DNA of 55,546 nucleotides, taken from contig NW_021833087.1 in assembly GCF_006345805.1 (NCBI RefSeq), positions 1 through 55,546 of the forward strand. Direction: 5' to 3'. Below the pieces are notes generated by a model that ran no database searches, was not told the DNA's origin, and was given only the letters and a program-made list of their open reading frames with translations. The stretch's first letter is position 1, and every line of letters starts with the position of its first letter. Source of the DNA: Octopus sinensis (taxonomy: Eukaryota). Below, one piece after another: positions 41,125 through 54,129 of this stretch. The translations under genes and the position numbers were made by a program.

Positions 41125-41290
41125 ATTCGATTGTTCAGCGTTTCTCTCAGTAGCCATGTTCCACCTTCGAATGAGAGCTGTATTTCTGCCCCATAAAATT
41201 CTGTTGACTGTTCTTTGAGCCACTTTTTCACTACAGTTTTCTGTTCCTCGTCACTGGAATAATGTTTGCCTCTCAAACTCTCTTTCTGGG
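41125..41290 (-). mobile_element. mariner transposase C-terminal fragment, inverted
   Basis: The reverse complement gives KESLRGKHYSSDEEQKTVVKKWLKEQSTEFYGAE and is homologous to 41341-41480. Confidence 0.75.
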
Positions 41291-41340
41291 GTCGAATAGA
41301 TGATAGTCCAGTGACGATGATAGACCAGTGACAATGATAG

Positions 41341-41593
41341 TCCAGTGACGAGGAAGTGAAAACCTGTAGTGAGGAAGTGGCTCAAAGAACAGTCAACAGA
41401 ATTTTACGGGACTGGGATACATGCTCTCATTCGAAGGTGGAACATTGCTATTGAGAGAAACGGTAACTATGTTGAGAAGTAGGGATGTGATCCACAGAGG
41501 ACCAGGTTCATATTGATACAGGATACATTTTCCTGTGTTGATAATTATACCTGTCCTAAACAAAATGGCATTACTTTTTGACTCACCCTCGTA
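41341..41593 (+). mobile_element. mariner transposase C-terminus plus right TIR
   Basis: SDEEVKT (frameshift) VRKWLKEQSTEFYGTGIHALIRRWNIAIERNGNYVEK*. It ends GGCATTACTTTTTGACTCACCCTCG-TA. Confidence 0.85.
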
Positions 41594-42599
41594 CATTAAC
41601 AAAGTTATAGTCTTCTGCAGCCACTACACTAATTTAAGTATGCTGATAACGAAATGAACCACTTTCGTGTCTATATCGTTACGAAAATCCATGAGTAGGG
41701 CACGCCAATGGTTCTCTGCGGATTCCAGTCTCCACTCTCAAATTTTTATATTCTTTCTGTTAATCCGGCTTTCTTTTGTATTCTCCATTACGAACAGCAT
41801 CGATATCTTTACGTCATTATTGCTACAAAGAAAGACCATTCAAAATTCCCTCATATCGCACCACACTGTCAGAAAAAGAAAATATAACATTCTTGCGGCA
41901 TGGTCTCTGGTTGCAAAGGTAAGATATTCAACGCTAGAATGCTATAATCAATAAGCCCACTTAGTTTGGGCTGCCAGGGACAAAATTTTAAGAAACACAG
42001 GTCAACAAAGGAAGCAATATATGATCGCTCAAATTCATAGACGTAGCGGTTAAATCTCTCTTAAGCAAAGGAACGACACATTTTGTAAAATAATTATATA
42101 ACCAAAATAATAAGGTGTTCATGGTCGGAACACCGTTCATAAACGTACAGCGTTTGTGCGTTTACATTTGACGATCTGTAAGAAATAAAAATTAAATTCC
42201 GTGCAGAACACACCATACTATATTTACAATTATACAATCGAATAATGTTCATCAGAGTAGACTATATCTGAAATAAATGCAGGAAGGTCGAGTTCGGAAT
42301 ATATTTCAGCATAGGTTTGGTCGCTCAGGACTATCATGAACTTGGGAAAACAACTGATATATAATTTTGATCCCGTATTCATTGCCAATGACTAAAGATT
42401 GTCCGTGTATATGCACAACTTCTCAAACTCGAAGACACATCATGTTAGTTTTTATTTTGTATATAATTGAAATTCGCATTTCAAACGATTAGCCCATATT
42501 GAGTTGATGCATTCTCAACAACTCATTTTGTTTGTTTATTTTCTTGTTAATAAGATTCATGATAACGTATACTTCATATTTACTCATACATACATCACT

Positions 42600-42625
42600 T
42601 TCTTACAATAATATAATATATTACA

Positions 42626-42663
<38 letters not shown>

Positions 42664-42751
42664 GCATATATATACATATATATAAACGTACATATATATG
42701 ATATATATATATATACATATAGTATGTATATATATAATATATATTATATAT

Positions 42752-42805
<54 letters not shown>

Positions 42806-43052
42806 CACATACATATACATATATATATAAATGTTCGTCTTATTATTTTAACTAATGGGTTTTGTTCTTTCTCTGTTATTTTCCTCTGCTATTGTTGTAT
42901 ATTCTATTTTATATGAAAAGTTTAAACTTCTAGAACAATACATTACTGTTATATTATGCAATAATAAGCTCTAATAAGGTATTATATAATACGAAAAAAG
43001 TATATTTAAGATATGAAAGTGTATGAGTGTACATAAGCACACATATGTATAC

Positions 43053-43083
<31 letters not shown>

Positions 43084-43539
43084 GATATATAGATATATAT
43101 ATTATATATATATATATTATATATATATATATTATATAATATATATATATTATATATATATATATATCTATAATATATTTTATATATGGAGTTTTCTATT
43201 TCTTTGAAAGTATGTGTATATCTAAGTCACTACACACTCACACCACTCATACACACACTCACACATACACACATACATATAGGTTTATGTGCATGTATGT
43301 ATGGATGTGACAGAGAATCATAATTATCTTGTTTGTTTATTTTTTTTACTCTCTGTGGAAATGCTTGTTATATTCGCCAATACTGCGCATGTCCCAAGCT
43401 ATCTTGTCATTAGACACTGTAATATTTGTTAGGTATTGTGTGCACCCGCCTACATAGAATTCGAACAAGATTACATTTCCTGACTTCCAAATAAAATAAT
43501 ACACAACAAACCAGCACAAAAGTAAAAGCGGAATACATA

Positions 43540-43570
<31 letters not shown>

Positions 43571-43586
43571 ACCACACACAATGTAT

Positions 43587-43625
<39 letters not shown>

Positions 43626-43666
43626 CATATATATATATATATATGTGCTGTATGTATCGATATATA

Positions 43667-43705
<39 letters not shown>

Positions 43706-43767
43706 ACATATTATATATGTTTAAATAAAGGAAAGTGTGTATTATATATATATGTATATATACCATA

Positions 43768-43830
<63 letters not shown>

Positions 43831-43858
43831 GTGTGTGCATATATATATATATGTATAC

Positions 43859-43895
<37 letters not shown>
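42600..43895. repeat. Cluster of (TA)n/(CA)n tracts
   Basis: Directly visible; it generates the YI-rich ORFs. Confidence 0.9.
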
Positions 43896-43899
<4 letters not shown>

Positions 43900-45014
43900 T
43901 AGTCACATACATGCATACAAACGTACATATATATTTGTGTGTATTTACAAACACAATAACACATTAACATCAACATTAATACATTATATCAGCTAAACTG
44001 ACATCAGCAGCAGTATTAAGATTAAGCAGATGCTAAAGAAAAAAAAACGAATATAAACGAAAAAGTTAAAGCCGAGAGTGATCTGAACAATAAAAAAATA
44101 AAATATATAATATCCATAGAATATTTAGAAATAAATAAATAAAAGCGAAAGTTATAATAAACAAATAATGAAACAAGCAAACAAGCTCAGAAACAAAGAA
44201 ATAAATAAACAAATATTAGAATTCTTCTCACGAGGCGAGAAAGATTGTTGGTTGGAAAAACATAGACGACTATTTCGTTGAAAAATGAAGAAAAATTCTT
44301 CAGTAGTAGTCAAAAAATAACTGAATGCAATGCGATAAGTATTTCATAGAAACACGACAAGGAAATTTAAGTTTTTCACCAAAACCGTTAATATAAAACA
44401 AAAGTTTTCAATATTCATCTCATCTCATTTCTGATTTAATGAAAACTGAGAACAACGCGCGAAACGTATTGAAGAAATAATAATACAAAAAAAAAAGAAA
44501 ATAATAACAATAATAAAAAGCTGAAAAAATTATGCAAAAGCGAAAAAGTAAAAAAAACAAAACAATGAATAAATACATAATTCAAGACAAAGAAAAAATA
44601 GAGACAAAATCAACTTCAATGTTCCGTTGGAATTGATGAAGTTATTTGACAATCGTGATGTATTTTCGCAGAGAAAAATTCCACAGATTAACAAACGCAA
44701 CGTAAAGAATTCTAACGTCGAATGAAGTCTGTAAACATTAATATTCGATGCAACAGTAATGTTATATATTCATATTGCCAAACTATGACAAATTCGTGAT
44801 GTTGAACATGATGATGGTGATGATGTGTGATAATATACTAATACGGTGTGTGCGGACGTGTGTGTATGTGTGTGTGTGTATATATATATATATATTATAT
44901 ATATATAATATATATATAAAATATGTGTGTGTTTGTATATATATATACATACACATACACACACACACACTGTAATATATATATGTGTGTGTGTGCGTGT
45001 GGTGTGGTGTGTGA

Positions 45015-45156
45015 AAAATAATATGTGACAATTATTCAGTAGCCAAGATAAAACTCTGAGTTTCGGATGCCGAGTGGAAATCCACAACACCATCTCTTCG
45101 GCATCCGAAACTCAGACTTTTATCTTGGCTATTGAATAATTGTTACATATTATTTT
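45015..45156. repeat. 59-bp inverted repeat with 24-nt spacer
   Basis: Arms 45015-45073 and 45098-45156 have 3 mismatches; two would be G-U pairs in plus-strand RNA. Confidence 0.95.
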
Positions 45157-45599
45157 ACCGATAAATTTCCTCTATTTACACTAATATTGAGGTCTCTTTC
45201 TTTCTTTTTCTTTTGTTATCTTACCGTTTTTACCAATAATATATATATATATATATATAATATAATATATATATAAATTATACTGACTGTTAGTAAATAT
45301 ATATTTTTTATATCTATTATGCATAAAATATGTATATATATATATATGTGTGTGTGTGTATGTGTGTACATATGTATGTATATTATACGCACACACACAC
45401 ATACACATATACATTTGCATGCATAAACAGTCTCACGCATGCAAACATATGTACAAATAAAAATTTTGTCCTAAACAACAAATTTCAGTATAATAAATAG
45501 AAATACGGTAGTGTATCACATATATAGTACAATCCTCTCTACCAGAGGTAGAAAGTCTGAATTTTAAGGGTGGGTGGTGGTTTCGGCGATGCTGGTCCA

Positions 45600-45760
45600 G
45601 TTGATTACATCGACTCAACTGGCACTTATTTCGTCAACCCTGAAAGTGCAAAAAGCTGAGTCGATCTCGGCGAAATTTCAACCCAGAACATAAAAAGCAT
45701 GAAGAAATGCTGTTCAGAAATTTTGTCCGGCGTGCTAAAGATTCTGCAGCTCACTGCCTT
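45600..45760 (-). mobile_element. SINE family B, degenerate
   Basis: GTCCGGCGTGCTAAAGATTCTGCAGCTC is the family B head reverse-complemented. Confidence 0.65.
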
Positions 45761-45869
45761 ACATATATGTTAGAAGATACAAAACTGGGATCAACTGAAA
45801 TATCCGAGCGCTTAGTAGGCAAAATCACTTGCTACGAGTGTTTAAAGTTTAAAATGCAAGAATCAGGGG

Positions 45870-46680
45870 AGATGCAGAATTTACATACAAAAGAAAAATC
45901 CCAGCTTATATGTACCCCATCTACAGCACCAATCTTAAGAAGTTTGCGAGTGAATATGACCGAGGCATTAATTGTGAACAGCAATTTGCGTTGGACAAGT
46001 CACATCTCTACAATTAAGACAGCTCAGGGTGTCTTCGCATCACTCAATAAGTCTTCGTCAGCCGCTCTGCAACTATCTATTTAAAGCTGTATATGGCTAT
46101 GGGGAGTCCACACTTAGAGGCTGTATTACCAATCTGGAACCCCTATCTTGCTCAGGATATCCATCTTCTGGAAACTGTTCAGAAACGTGTAACCTGACGA
46201 CTACTCATCGTCAAGCATCAACCATACTCTGAACATCTTTTCCCTTGGTATGGACACATTAAAACCCCGACGTCTGGCAACTGACTTGATATATACCTAC
46301 AAGATTATTCACCATCTTTCCGACAACCTTGGGTACCTTTTTGAATTTCATATGTCGAATACTCATGGACATACTTACAAAATCAAAAACACTAACAAAC
46401 AATACCTATAACTTTCGGAAACGTTCTTTCACGCTCAGAATTGCTGAAGCATGGAATAAATTATCCGCATCACTTGTTAGCTGTCGGGACACTACATACT
46501 TCAAAACTTCCAAGCTTCCTGAAATTCGTCAACAGTGTACCCGATGCCCCTTTTTATTCTCTTTTTCTTTTTAACGAGCCATTCACTGTACACTTATTGT
46601 ACATTATTCTATCTACTGTTAACGCACTTTTGGCACTGAGCACTGTACACAATAAGTTTCTAATAATTATTATTATTAAT
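45870..46680 (+). mobile_element. CR1 LINE 3' end, decayed
   Basis: Frameshifted blocks include LIVNSNLRWTSHIS, IYLKLYMAM, WNPYLAQDIHLLETVQKRVT, RRLATDLIYTYKII, GHTYKI and FRKRSFTLRIAEAWNKL. It ends in an (ATT)n tail. Confidence 0.85.
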
Positions 46681-46847
46681 TGGGTATAATAATTCAAATA
46701 AGATCAGTCCGCACTGTTTAGAAATATTTAGACAGTCCAGACTAGACGGGAAACCGTTTGAAAGTAACCTTATAATAGAAATGGATATATTTAGGTCTTG
46801 TACTCATTGTACGAATTTTCTTCTCTACTAGCAACACTATGTCATCT

Positions 46848-46848
46848 C

Positions 46849-46946
<98 letters not shown>

Positions 46947-46965
46947 AATCTATCTATCTATCTAC
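46848..46965. repeat. (TATC)n microsatellite
   Basis: Directly visible. Confidence 0.95.
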
Positions 46966-48375
46966 CTATCAATATATCTCCGTATGGATAAGGAATGTCA
47001 TCTATGAGAAGTTGTGATTATAGATCCAAGAATAGGTGTAGTAGAGTATGCAGGCATTATGTTCAAATGTTAAGTATGAAGTTGTTCTTATGTTGAGCAA
47101 TGAAATTAAATTTTAGTATATTTCAAGAGTTTTAGCAGAGATTGAACTTGTTAACAAAATAGAGGTGTAAACCGAAGAAACGTATTTATATATAAAATGC
47201 TACAATTAACCGTCATTACTGATGGGACATAGTCAGAGAGTTAAACAGAAAGAGCTGCATTTACTCCGTTACTAAATAAATCGTAACCATCGTTGTCGCT
47301 CTATTATTAACTGATATAATTAGTGATAATAATGAAACTGCTCCAAGTGTTAATCGAAACTGTGTCTTCTGTTCACTGCCAAGCCACGGTACTGTTATAT
47401 CATAACACAAATTGTTAAATGATTTGATCACGGTAATTGACTCTCCTGGCTTACCTTCTGGAGTAAAAGGTGAGCATACCATGCTTGGAAATTGCACAGA
47501 AGATAAGAAAGTTTACAACAAGGCAATGGTGATAGTTGGACTAACAAACAGAATTAAAGATCTGAAACATACTCTATATATCCTCCAGAATATTTAAACT
47601 TTCTTTGATCGATCTATTTTCTGTTTGAAAGACATATGTTGTAAGTTGTGTTATCTAAACCACTTCTGAATTATTTATATTTGGACAGAACTTATCTTCG
47701 TTTCCGACTCAGTTGGGGCTTACGACGATTGCCAAACGATTGCCAAATTTTCTTTAATGTTTATCCGTTGAGATAAGAACAATTTCCAATCGAATTGATG
47801 GAGAATTGTTTTGTTCTTTTTCCTTTAGTTTCCCCCCACTTGCAGAGAAGAAGAATACAATGCTTTTACTGTTTTATAAAAACTAAATAACTAACTAAAT
47901 AAATATAGCTAAATTGCCTTGCCGCCAAAATCTACTGAGATCTCAGAGAATAATCAGTAAAAGGCAGGGATATTATCGAGTAGGTTTCACAATCTAAACT
48001 TCATATTTTATAAATAGCGAACCGTTGTACATCGTAGCAACCAACACCAATAACTGATAATATATCAGTTAGAGTGATATTTATTCATTGGATGCAATTT
48101 GACATTTGGTGTTGATTTTGTTGTTGTTGTTTTTATATTTATCTATCAGAAGTCAGATGCAGTGCCACCACTGCTAATTTATCTAATAAATGTAGGTATT
48201 CGTCTCAATATATAGATTGGCATTTTTCTGAATATTTATTTCTTCACTGCCTCTGGATATGGACCTAACTATACAAAGGCCTTCATTATTTTGGTTCAAA
48301 TTTATCCTCCCTATTTTCATTTTTGATTATCTGATAAGGATAATATCTCATTTAAATAATGGAAGCACAACATCT

Positions 48376-49003
48376 TCTTCTTCTTCTTCTTCTTCTTCTT
48401 TTCTTCTTCCTTCTCTTCTTCTTCTTCTTCTTCTTCTTCTTCTTCTTCTTCTTCTCTTCTTCTTCTCTTCTTCTTCTTCTTCTTCTTCTTCTTCTTCTTC
48501 TTCTTCTTCATATTATTATTATTATTATTTTTTATTTTATATTATTATTATTATTATTATTATTATTATGAAGGTACCGGGCTGGCCAATTTATTAGCAC
48601 GCTGGACAAAATACTAAGCGGCATTTCGTCCGTCTGAGTTCTGAGTTCAAATTCCGGACTGGGTGTCGTACAATTGACTTATCCACCCTACACCCCACCG
48701 AAATTGCTGGCCTTGTGCCAAAATTTGAAACCACTATGAAGGCGTTATCATGCCGGGCAAATACTCAGAGGCATTTCTTCTGGCTTTACGTTCTGAGTTC
48801 AAGTTCTGCTGAGGTCAACTTTGCATTTTGTTCTTTCGTGGGTCGATGAAATAAGAACCAGCAGAGCTGTGAGGCAAATTTAATCGAATAGCCCTGTCCC
48901 CAAATTTCAGACCCTGTGCCTATAGTCGAAAGGCTTATAACTATTATTGTTGCTGTTGTTGCTAGTATTAGTATCTGTAATAGAAGTAGTAGTAGTAGTC
49001 GTA

Positions 49004-49039
<36 letters not shown>

Positions 49040-49355
49040 GTAGTAGTAGTAGTAGTAGTATGTGCGGTTGTGTGGTGGTGTTATTGAGGGTTTGTTTGTT
49101 GTAGTGGTGTTAGTGATGGTGGTGTTAAAACCTTACAGATTGATTAAAAACACAAGAAGTGTAGGGAGCAGGTTACGTTAAGATGTATACAATGATGGCT
49201 TCGGATCTCGTTAGTGGCTAGTAGTAGTAGTAGTAGTGGTGGTGGTGGTGGTGGTGGTAGTATTAGCAGTGGTGATCATGTTAATGATTATGTGGTTGAT
49301 AATGAATGTGATGGTAATGATTATGATGGTAAACCTCAAAATTGCCGGCGTCGTT

Positions 49356-49388
<33 letters not shown>

Positions 49389-50220
49389 TTCATTATTATC
49401 ATCGGTCAACAAAGTTTTCCCCCAAAGACAGCCTGCTACCCAATATGTCAAAAACAAATGACATCTCTTCCATTCTTCTTCTTCTTCTTCTTCTTCTTCT
49501 TCTTCTTCTTCTTCTTCTTCTTCTTCTTCTTCTCTTCTTGTCCACTCGTCGATATATGAGTAGCTGCCACGGTCATCATCTCCCTGCTCCTCCTCCTCCT
49601 CCACTGCATCTTCAATTCTTCTTCTTCTTCTTCTTCTTCTTCTTCTTCTTCTTCTTTCGTCTTCTTCTCTTCATCATCATCATCATCATCATCTCCTTCT
49701 TCTTCTCTTTCCTCCTCTTCTCCCTCTTCCTCCTCCTCCTTATCATCTACTTCTGACAGCTCTGTTTTTCCTCTCTCTTACACTCTCCTCTGTCACTCTC
49801 TTTCTCTATCCTTCTAGCAAGCTAACTCCCCCTCTCTGTTTGTTTGTCTGTCTGTCTCTGTCTGTCTGCCTACCTGTCTGCCTGTCTGCCTATCTGTCTT
49901 CCTCTATCACTCTCTCTTTGTCTATCTGTCTCTCTCACTGTCTCTCCGACTTTCTCCTTCTCTCTCTCCCCCTCTCTCTCATACACACTCAGAAACTTTG
50001 TTTCTCATAATAGCCGCATCTCCACCTCACATGCCCTCACTTATGTTGGCCTGATGTCAACATTATTAATGTCACCAGCACCACCAGCACCACCAGCACC
50101 ACCACCACTGGCGTTACGACTACTACCAATATAAATAACTACAGCGTCGTCTCCACTATCACCTCGGCCACTACCATGACCAACACTAGCAACCTCTAGC
50201 ATCAACAACAATAACAACAT
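48376..50220. repeat. Patchwork of trinucleotide repeats (CTT, ATT, TAG, GGT, CAT, CCT, CCA, CAA)
   Basis: Directly visible; contains SINE B copies at 48570-48930. Confidence 0.9.
48570..48930 (+). mobile_element. Two consecutive degenerate SINE family B copies
   Basis: TTAGCACGCTGGACAAAATACTAAGCGGCATTTCGTCC...GAGTTCAAATTCC, then a second GTTCTGAGTTCAAGTTCTGCTGAGGTCAACTTTGC. Confidence 0.7.
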
Positions 50221-50344
50221 TAACAAGTTCACGCCAACGTGAGAATGACACCACGCTTAACACACAATGACCCTACAAATCAATGTGAGTGCCGATAAGT
50301 ATATACATATATACATACTATATATATATATATATATATATAAT

Positions 50345-51111
50345 ATACTAAGCAATAAGGGTTTAGCAACGAGTTGCCTTACCACATACCGAATTTAGAA
50401 ATAGCAGTCAAAGGGTTATAGCTATTTCTTCTACTAAAAAGGGAGATCTCAGTAAAAACAGCATTTGGAAGGCACAAACAGGTAAGAGAGAATGAATTGA
50501 CTGCAATCTATCATACATTTTTTTTAGTTATCCACGGACGTACGTTCGAAATCAAGTTTTAAGGCAAGCATACGAATTAAATATTAATATTAAATAATAA
50601 ATAATTCTATCTTACCGACTTCTTTTCTCTTCAGCGTAGAATACTATAATCATAAATGATTATATATTGAATTTTGAGATACCAGAAGGCACCAACTCCA
50701 CTCAGTACAGAGCGAGCTAGAACCCGCAACTGGTATCACCGAATTCAATTTGTGAATGAAACGATTGTGTCAACAGCCCCTTCCCACCCGCGTGTAGCCA
50801 AAACAAGATGCTGTGGTCATCTACTGAGATAAAATATGGTTATCCGTAATAATGAAGGGTGAAATTAATTAATTTGGAAAAAATTATCAATTCACAAGTA
50901 GTCTTCGGCATGTAAAAGCCTCATTCGAGGAAAATTTAAGTAATACTAAGCAATAAGGGTTTAGCAACGAGTTGGCCTTACCACATACCGAATTTAGAAA
51001 TAGCAGTCAAAGGGTTATAGCTATTTCTTCTTACTACTAAAAAGGGAGATCTCAGTAAAAACAGCATTTGGAAGGCACAAACAGGTAAGAGAGAATGAAT
51101 TGACTGCAATC

Positions 51112-51114
<3 letters not shown>
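50345..51114 (+). repeat. Direct duplication of ~170 bp (50345-50511 and 50943-51114)
   Basis: By eye the copies differ only by a 1-nt and a 4-nt indel; (TA)n lies outside both. Confidence 0.95.
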
Positions 51115-51147
<33 letters not shown>

Positions 51148-51304
51148 CAAATACATATGCGTGTGGGTGTGCGTGTGTAAACAAGAAGGGAGGGGTAAGC
51201 AAATCCTTTTCTTACATCAATTTACAATTGTTTCATTGTAAGTCATTAAAATTTCACCACGCACCCAATGAAAATATCATTATATTGATATACACGCATA
51301 TATA

Positions 51305-51357
<53 letters not shown>

Positions 51358-52124
51358 TGTTTGTGTGTGTGTCTATGTCTATATATATATATGTATATAT
51401 GTGTGTATGTATATATTATAAACATGTATGTATATGTATATATATAATATAATATATATATAGACAACAGCATATATGCGTGTGTATGTCCGTGTGTGTG
51501 TGTATGTTATGCCTTTTGTGTGTGTGTTTGTGTGCGTGTGTATGTGACAGTGCCTGTGTGCGTCTGTCTCTGTGCGTTTGTGTCAGTATATGTGTGTACG
51601 TGTGTATTTGGCGGTGTGTGTTTATACATAGATGCATATTTAGAAGCAAATAAACTGAGAGACCACACCGTCGTTACTACAAAATATGTGTTGAACGTTT
51701 TCGACATTATCACTACAGCACTTAATCGTTTTGTTATATTTCAGCTTTAGCTGAGTAAAGTGCTTAACCTTGCACGTATTCATTTGCACTACGATCATAC
51801 GGCCATTCTTTCCATTACTTGAAGGGGCGGCAAATCATGTCATTCAGTATGACATTACTTGTCTTTCAATCAACTCAAAGAAAATAGTACGACCCAAGAG
51901 TTAGCACAAGTTCTTTTCACTCAGATGTTATATCCTGGAAGACCGCTGATTCAAATGTTTCAGGTTCGAGATTTTATGTATTTGGTGATAATTAAATACT
52001 TAAAATAATTAGAAAACACTTTGCGAATTTATGCACGGACGCATTTGACGGTTTTAGTTTACTTTTTATTTCATTCCTATTTTTTTCCCACATGTTATTA
52101 GTTGCTATTATGATTATTTTGTAT

Positions 52125-52333
52125 AAGGCGGCGAGCTGGCAGAATCGTTAGCACGCCGGGCAAAATTCTTTGCGGCTTTTCGTCCGTCTTTACGTTCAAA
52201 TTCTGCTGAGGTCGACTTTACCTTCCATCCTTTCGAAGTCGATAAATTAAGTACCAGTCAAGTACTGAGGTCGATGTGATTGACTTATCCCACGCAGCAA
52301 AATCTCAGGCCTTGTGCTTATTGTAGAAAGGAT
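52125..52333 (+). mobile_element. SINE family B
   Basis: AAGGCGGCGAGCTGGCAGAATCGTTAGCACGCCGGGC head and collinear body. Confidence 0.85.
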
Positions 52334-52416
52334 TACTATTATTATTATGTATACCATACGCCCGAGTATTGTTTCCCAGACTCAACGCATGTGTGTTAAT
52401 AGCGGTGTCCCATTCT

Positions 52417-52724
52417 GTGGAGAAGTCGTGTGGCTTAGTGGATAATGTATTTGGCTCACAATTTTAAGGTCGTGAGCTCGATTTCCGGCGGAGAATTGTG
52501 TCCGTCAGCAAATGAATTTATTTCTCGTTGTTCCAGTACAACCAGCTGGAAAAAGTGAGTTGTATCTGTGATTCAAAGGGCCCTGTGTCAGCTAAATCTC
52601 CCAAATATGTACGTTAAGGTTACGTGTGTCCGAAGACTGATTAGCCATTTTCACATTAATTTTACGTGCCGTTTTCACTTTACTTGAACGTATCAACTAG
52701 AACACTTATCGTCGTAACCGACGG
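52417..52724 (+). mobile_element. tRNA-derived SINE, family C, diverged
   Basis: A-box-like TGGCTTAGTGG, B-box-like GCTCGATTTCC, 3' end TCGTCGTAACCGACGG. The family is recognised from memory only. Confidence 0.6.
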
Positions 52725-52851
52725 GGAGACGTGTCAGGCTCATTATGATCACAAGCAGGAGGCTAAAACAGGTAAACGAATACAAGTGAAAATATGTACG
52801 TTCGTACGTACGTACGTATGTATGTGCGTATGTATGTATGTATGTATCTAT

Positions 52852-52893
<42 letters not shown>

Positions 52894-52905
52894 GTCTATC
52901 TGTCT

Positions 52906-53015
52906 GATCGGAATTCACCACCCCCTTTATTTTTCTCCTCTTCTTCTCAAAAAGAAAAGCTGTACTTTGCATTTTGTCGCTTCTGTGTTCAGCATTGCGT
53001 GGCCAATAAAGGAAT
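52906..53015 (+). mobile_element. Tx1 LINE extreme 3' UTR fragment (copy 1)
   Basis: AAAAGAAAAGCTGTACTTTG...TGTGTTCAGCATTGCGTGGCCAATAAAG matches the ends of copies 2 and 3. Confidence 0.75.
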
Positions 53016-53018
53016 CTG

Positions 53019-53141
<123 letters not shown>

Positions 53142-53160
53142 GACTATCTATCTATCTATC

Positions 53161-53989
53161 CAGGGCCCATGGACAACTTCCAGAGATCCCTGGCCTGGCA
53201 GTGCTACCGAGAAGCGCTTACCCGTTCGGGATAAGCTCTACAGACACGGCTCGAGAAACACGGGGCCGACCTGCCCGAGATGCGGTCAGAGCGACGAAAC
53301 CGTTCTGCACGCACTCGTTCAGTGTCCAACATTTCCGACCTGTGGGCTTACGTCGAACAACACTCTGTCACGTGTGGGACGAGTCGGTTTATCAGCTGAG
53401 TCTATCGTCAATATTGTCACGCCTCCTTCCTTCAAACGGGAAGGAAGATCTTTTTTCATCATCCTTGTGGCTATGGCGAAAGAATGTATCTGGTGGACGC
53501 GTCTGAAAGGATTGGAGACAAACACTTTCCTCTCTGGTCAATCTCTCATCAACTTCTTCAAGTACCACTTGAAAAGGAAAGTGAGAGTAGAGAGGCAAAT
53601 TTTGTCTAGCGAATGTTTTAAAAAAAGATGGGTGAATGTAGCAAGAATGGCACGTATGAATGACGAAGCCACCTTGAGCATAGTCCTATGAACCCAGAAA
53701 TCGAAAACAGAGAGTTGCTTATTTGCAAAAAAAAAAAAAAAAAAGAAATATAAAATGTGACTTCATTGACCGAGGTTACCGTGGTCTTTTCGCAGGCTTT
53801 TCTTTCCACGGGTAAACCTCACCTGTCCTCCCCTTTACACTTCATATTGACATTTCTGTGATAACGATCCCTATTGATCATTTATTTTTTCCTCTCCCCC
53901 CCTTTTTTTTTTTTTTTTTTTTTTAAACCCCCCTTATTTTTGTCCTCTTTCTCCCCTTTTACGATCCCTTTTGATCGAACCTCCCCCTT

Positions 53990-54023
<34 letters not shown>

Positions 54024-54095
54024 CCTTCAAAAGAAAAGCTCTACCTTGTAATTTGTTCTATCTGTGTGCAGCCCTGTGTGGCTAATAAAGAAACA
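53161..54095 (+). mobile_element. L1/Tx1-clade LINE, 5'-truncated (copy 2): zf-RVT C-terminus plus 3' UTR
   Basis: [15 protein letters not shown] (frameshift) [11 protein letters not shown]...CPRCGQSDETVLHALVQCP (CCHC)...KECIWWTR...; stop at 53689-53691; AATAAA at 54084-54089. Confidence 0.9.

Positions 54096-54128
<33 letters not shown>

Positions 54129-54129
<1 letters not shown>

Noticed and set aside
41393-41602. 69-aa minus-strand ORF (YEGESKSNAILF...)
   Set aside because: It is an antisense read-through of the mariner right TIR.
47412-47597. ITVIDSPGL resembling the GTPase G3 motif (GIMAP-like) before an AAG|GTGAG donor
   Set aside because: There is no AG acceptor between the upstream in-frame stop and the motif, and no other GTPase motifs.
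49214-49756. 180-aa poly-S/G/H/L/F ORF
   Set aside because: It is built from trinucleotide repeats, has a non-ATG start and shows no domain or splice support.
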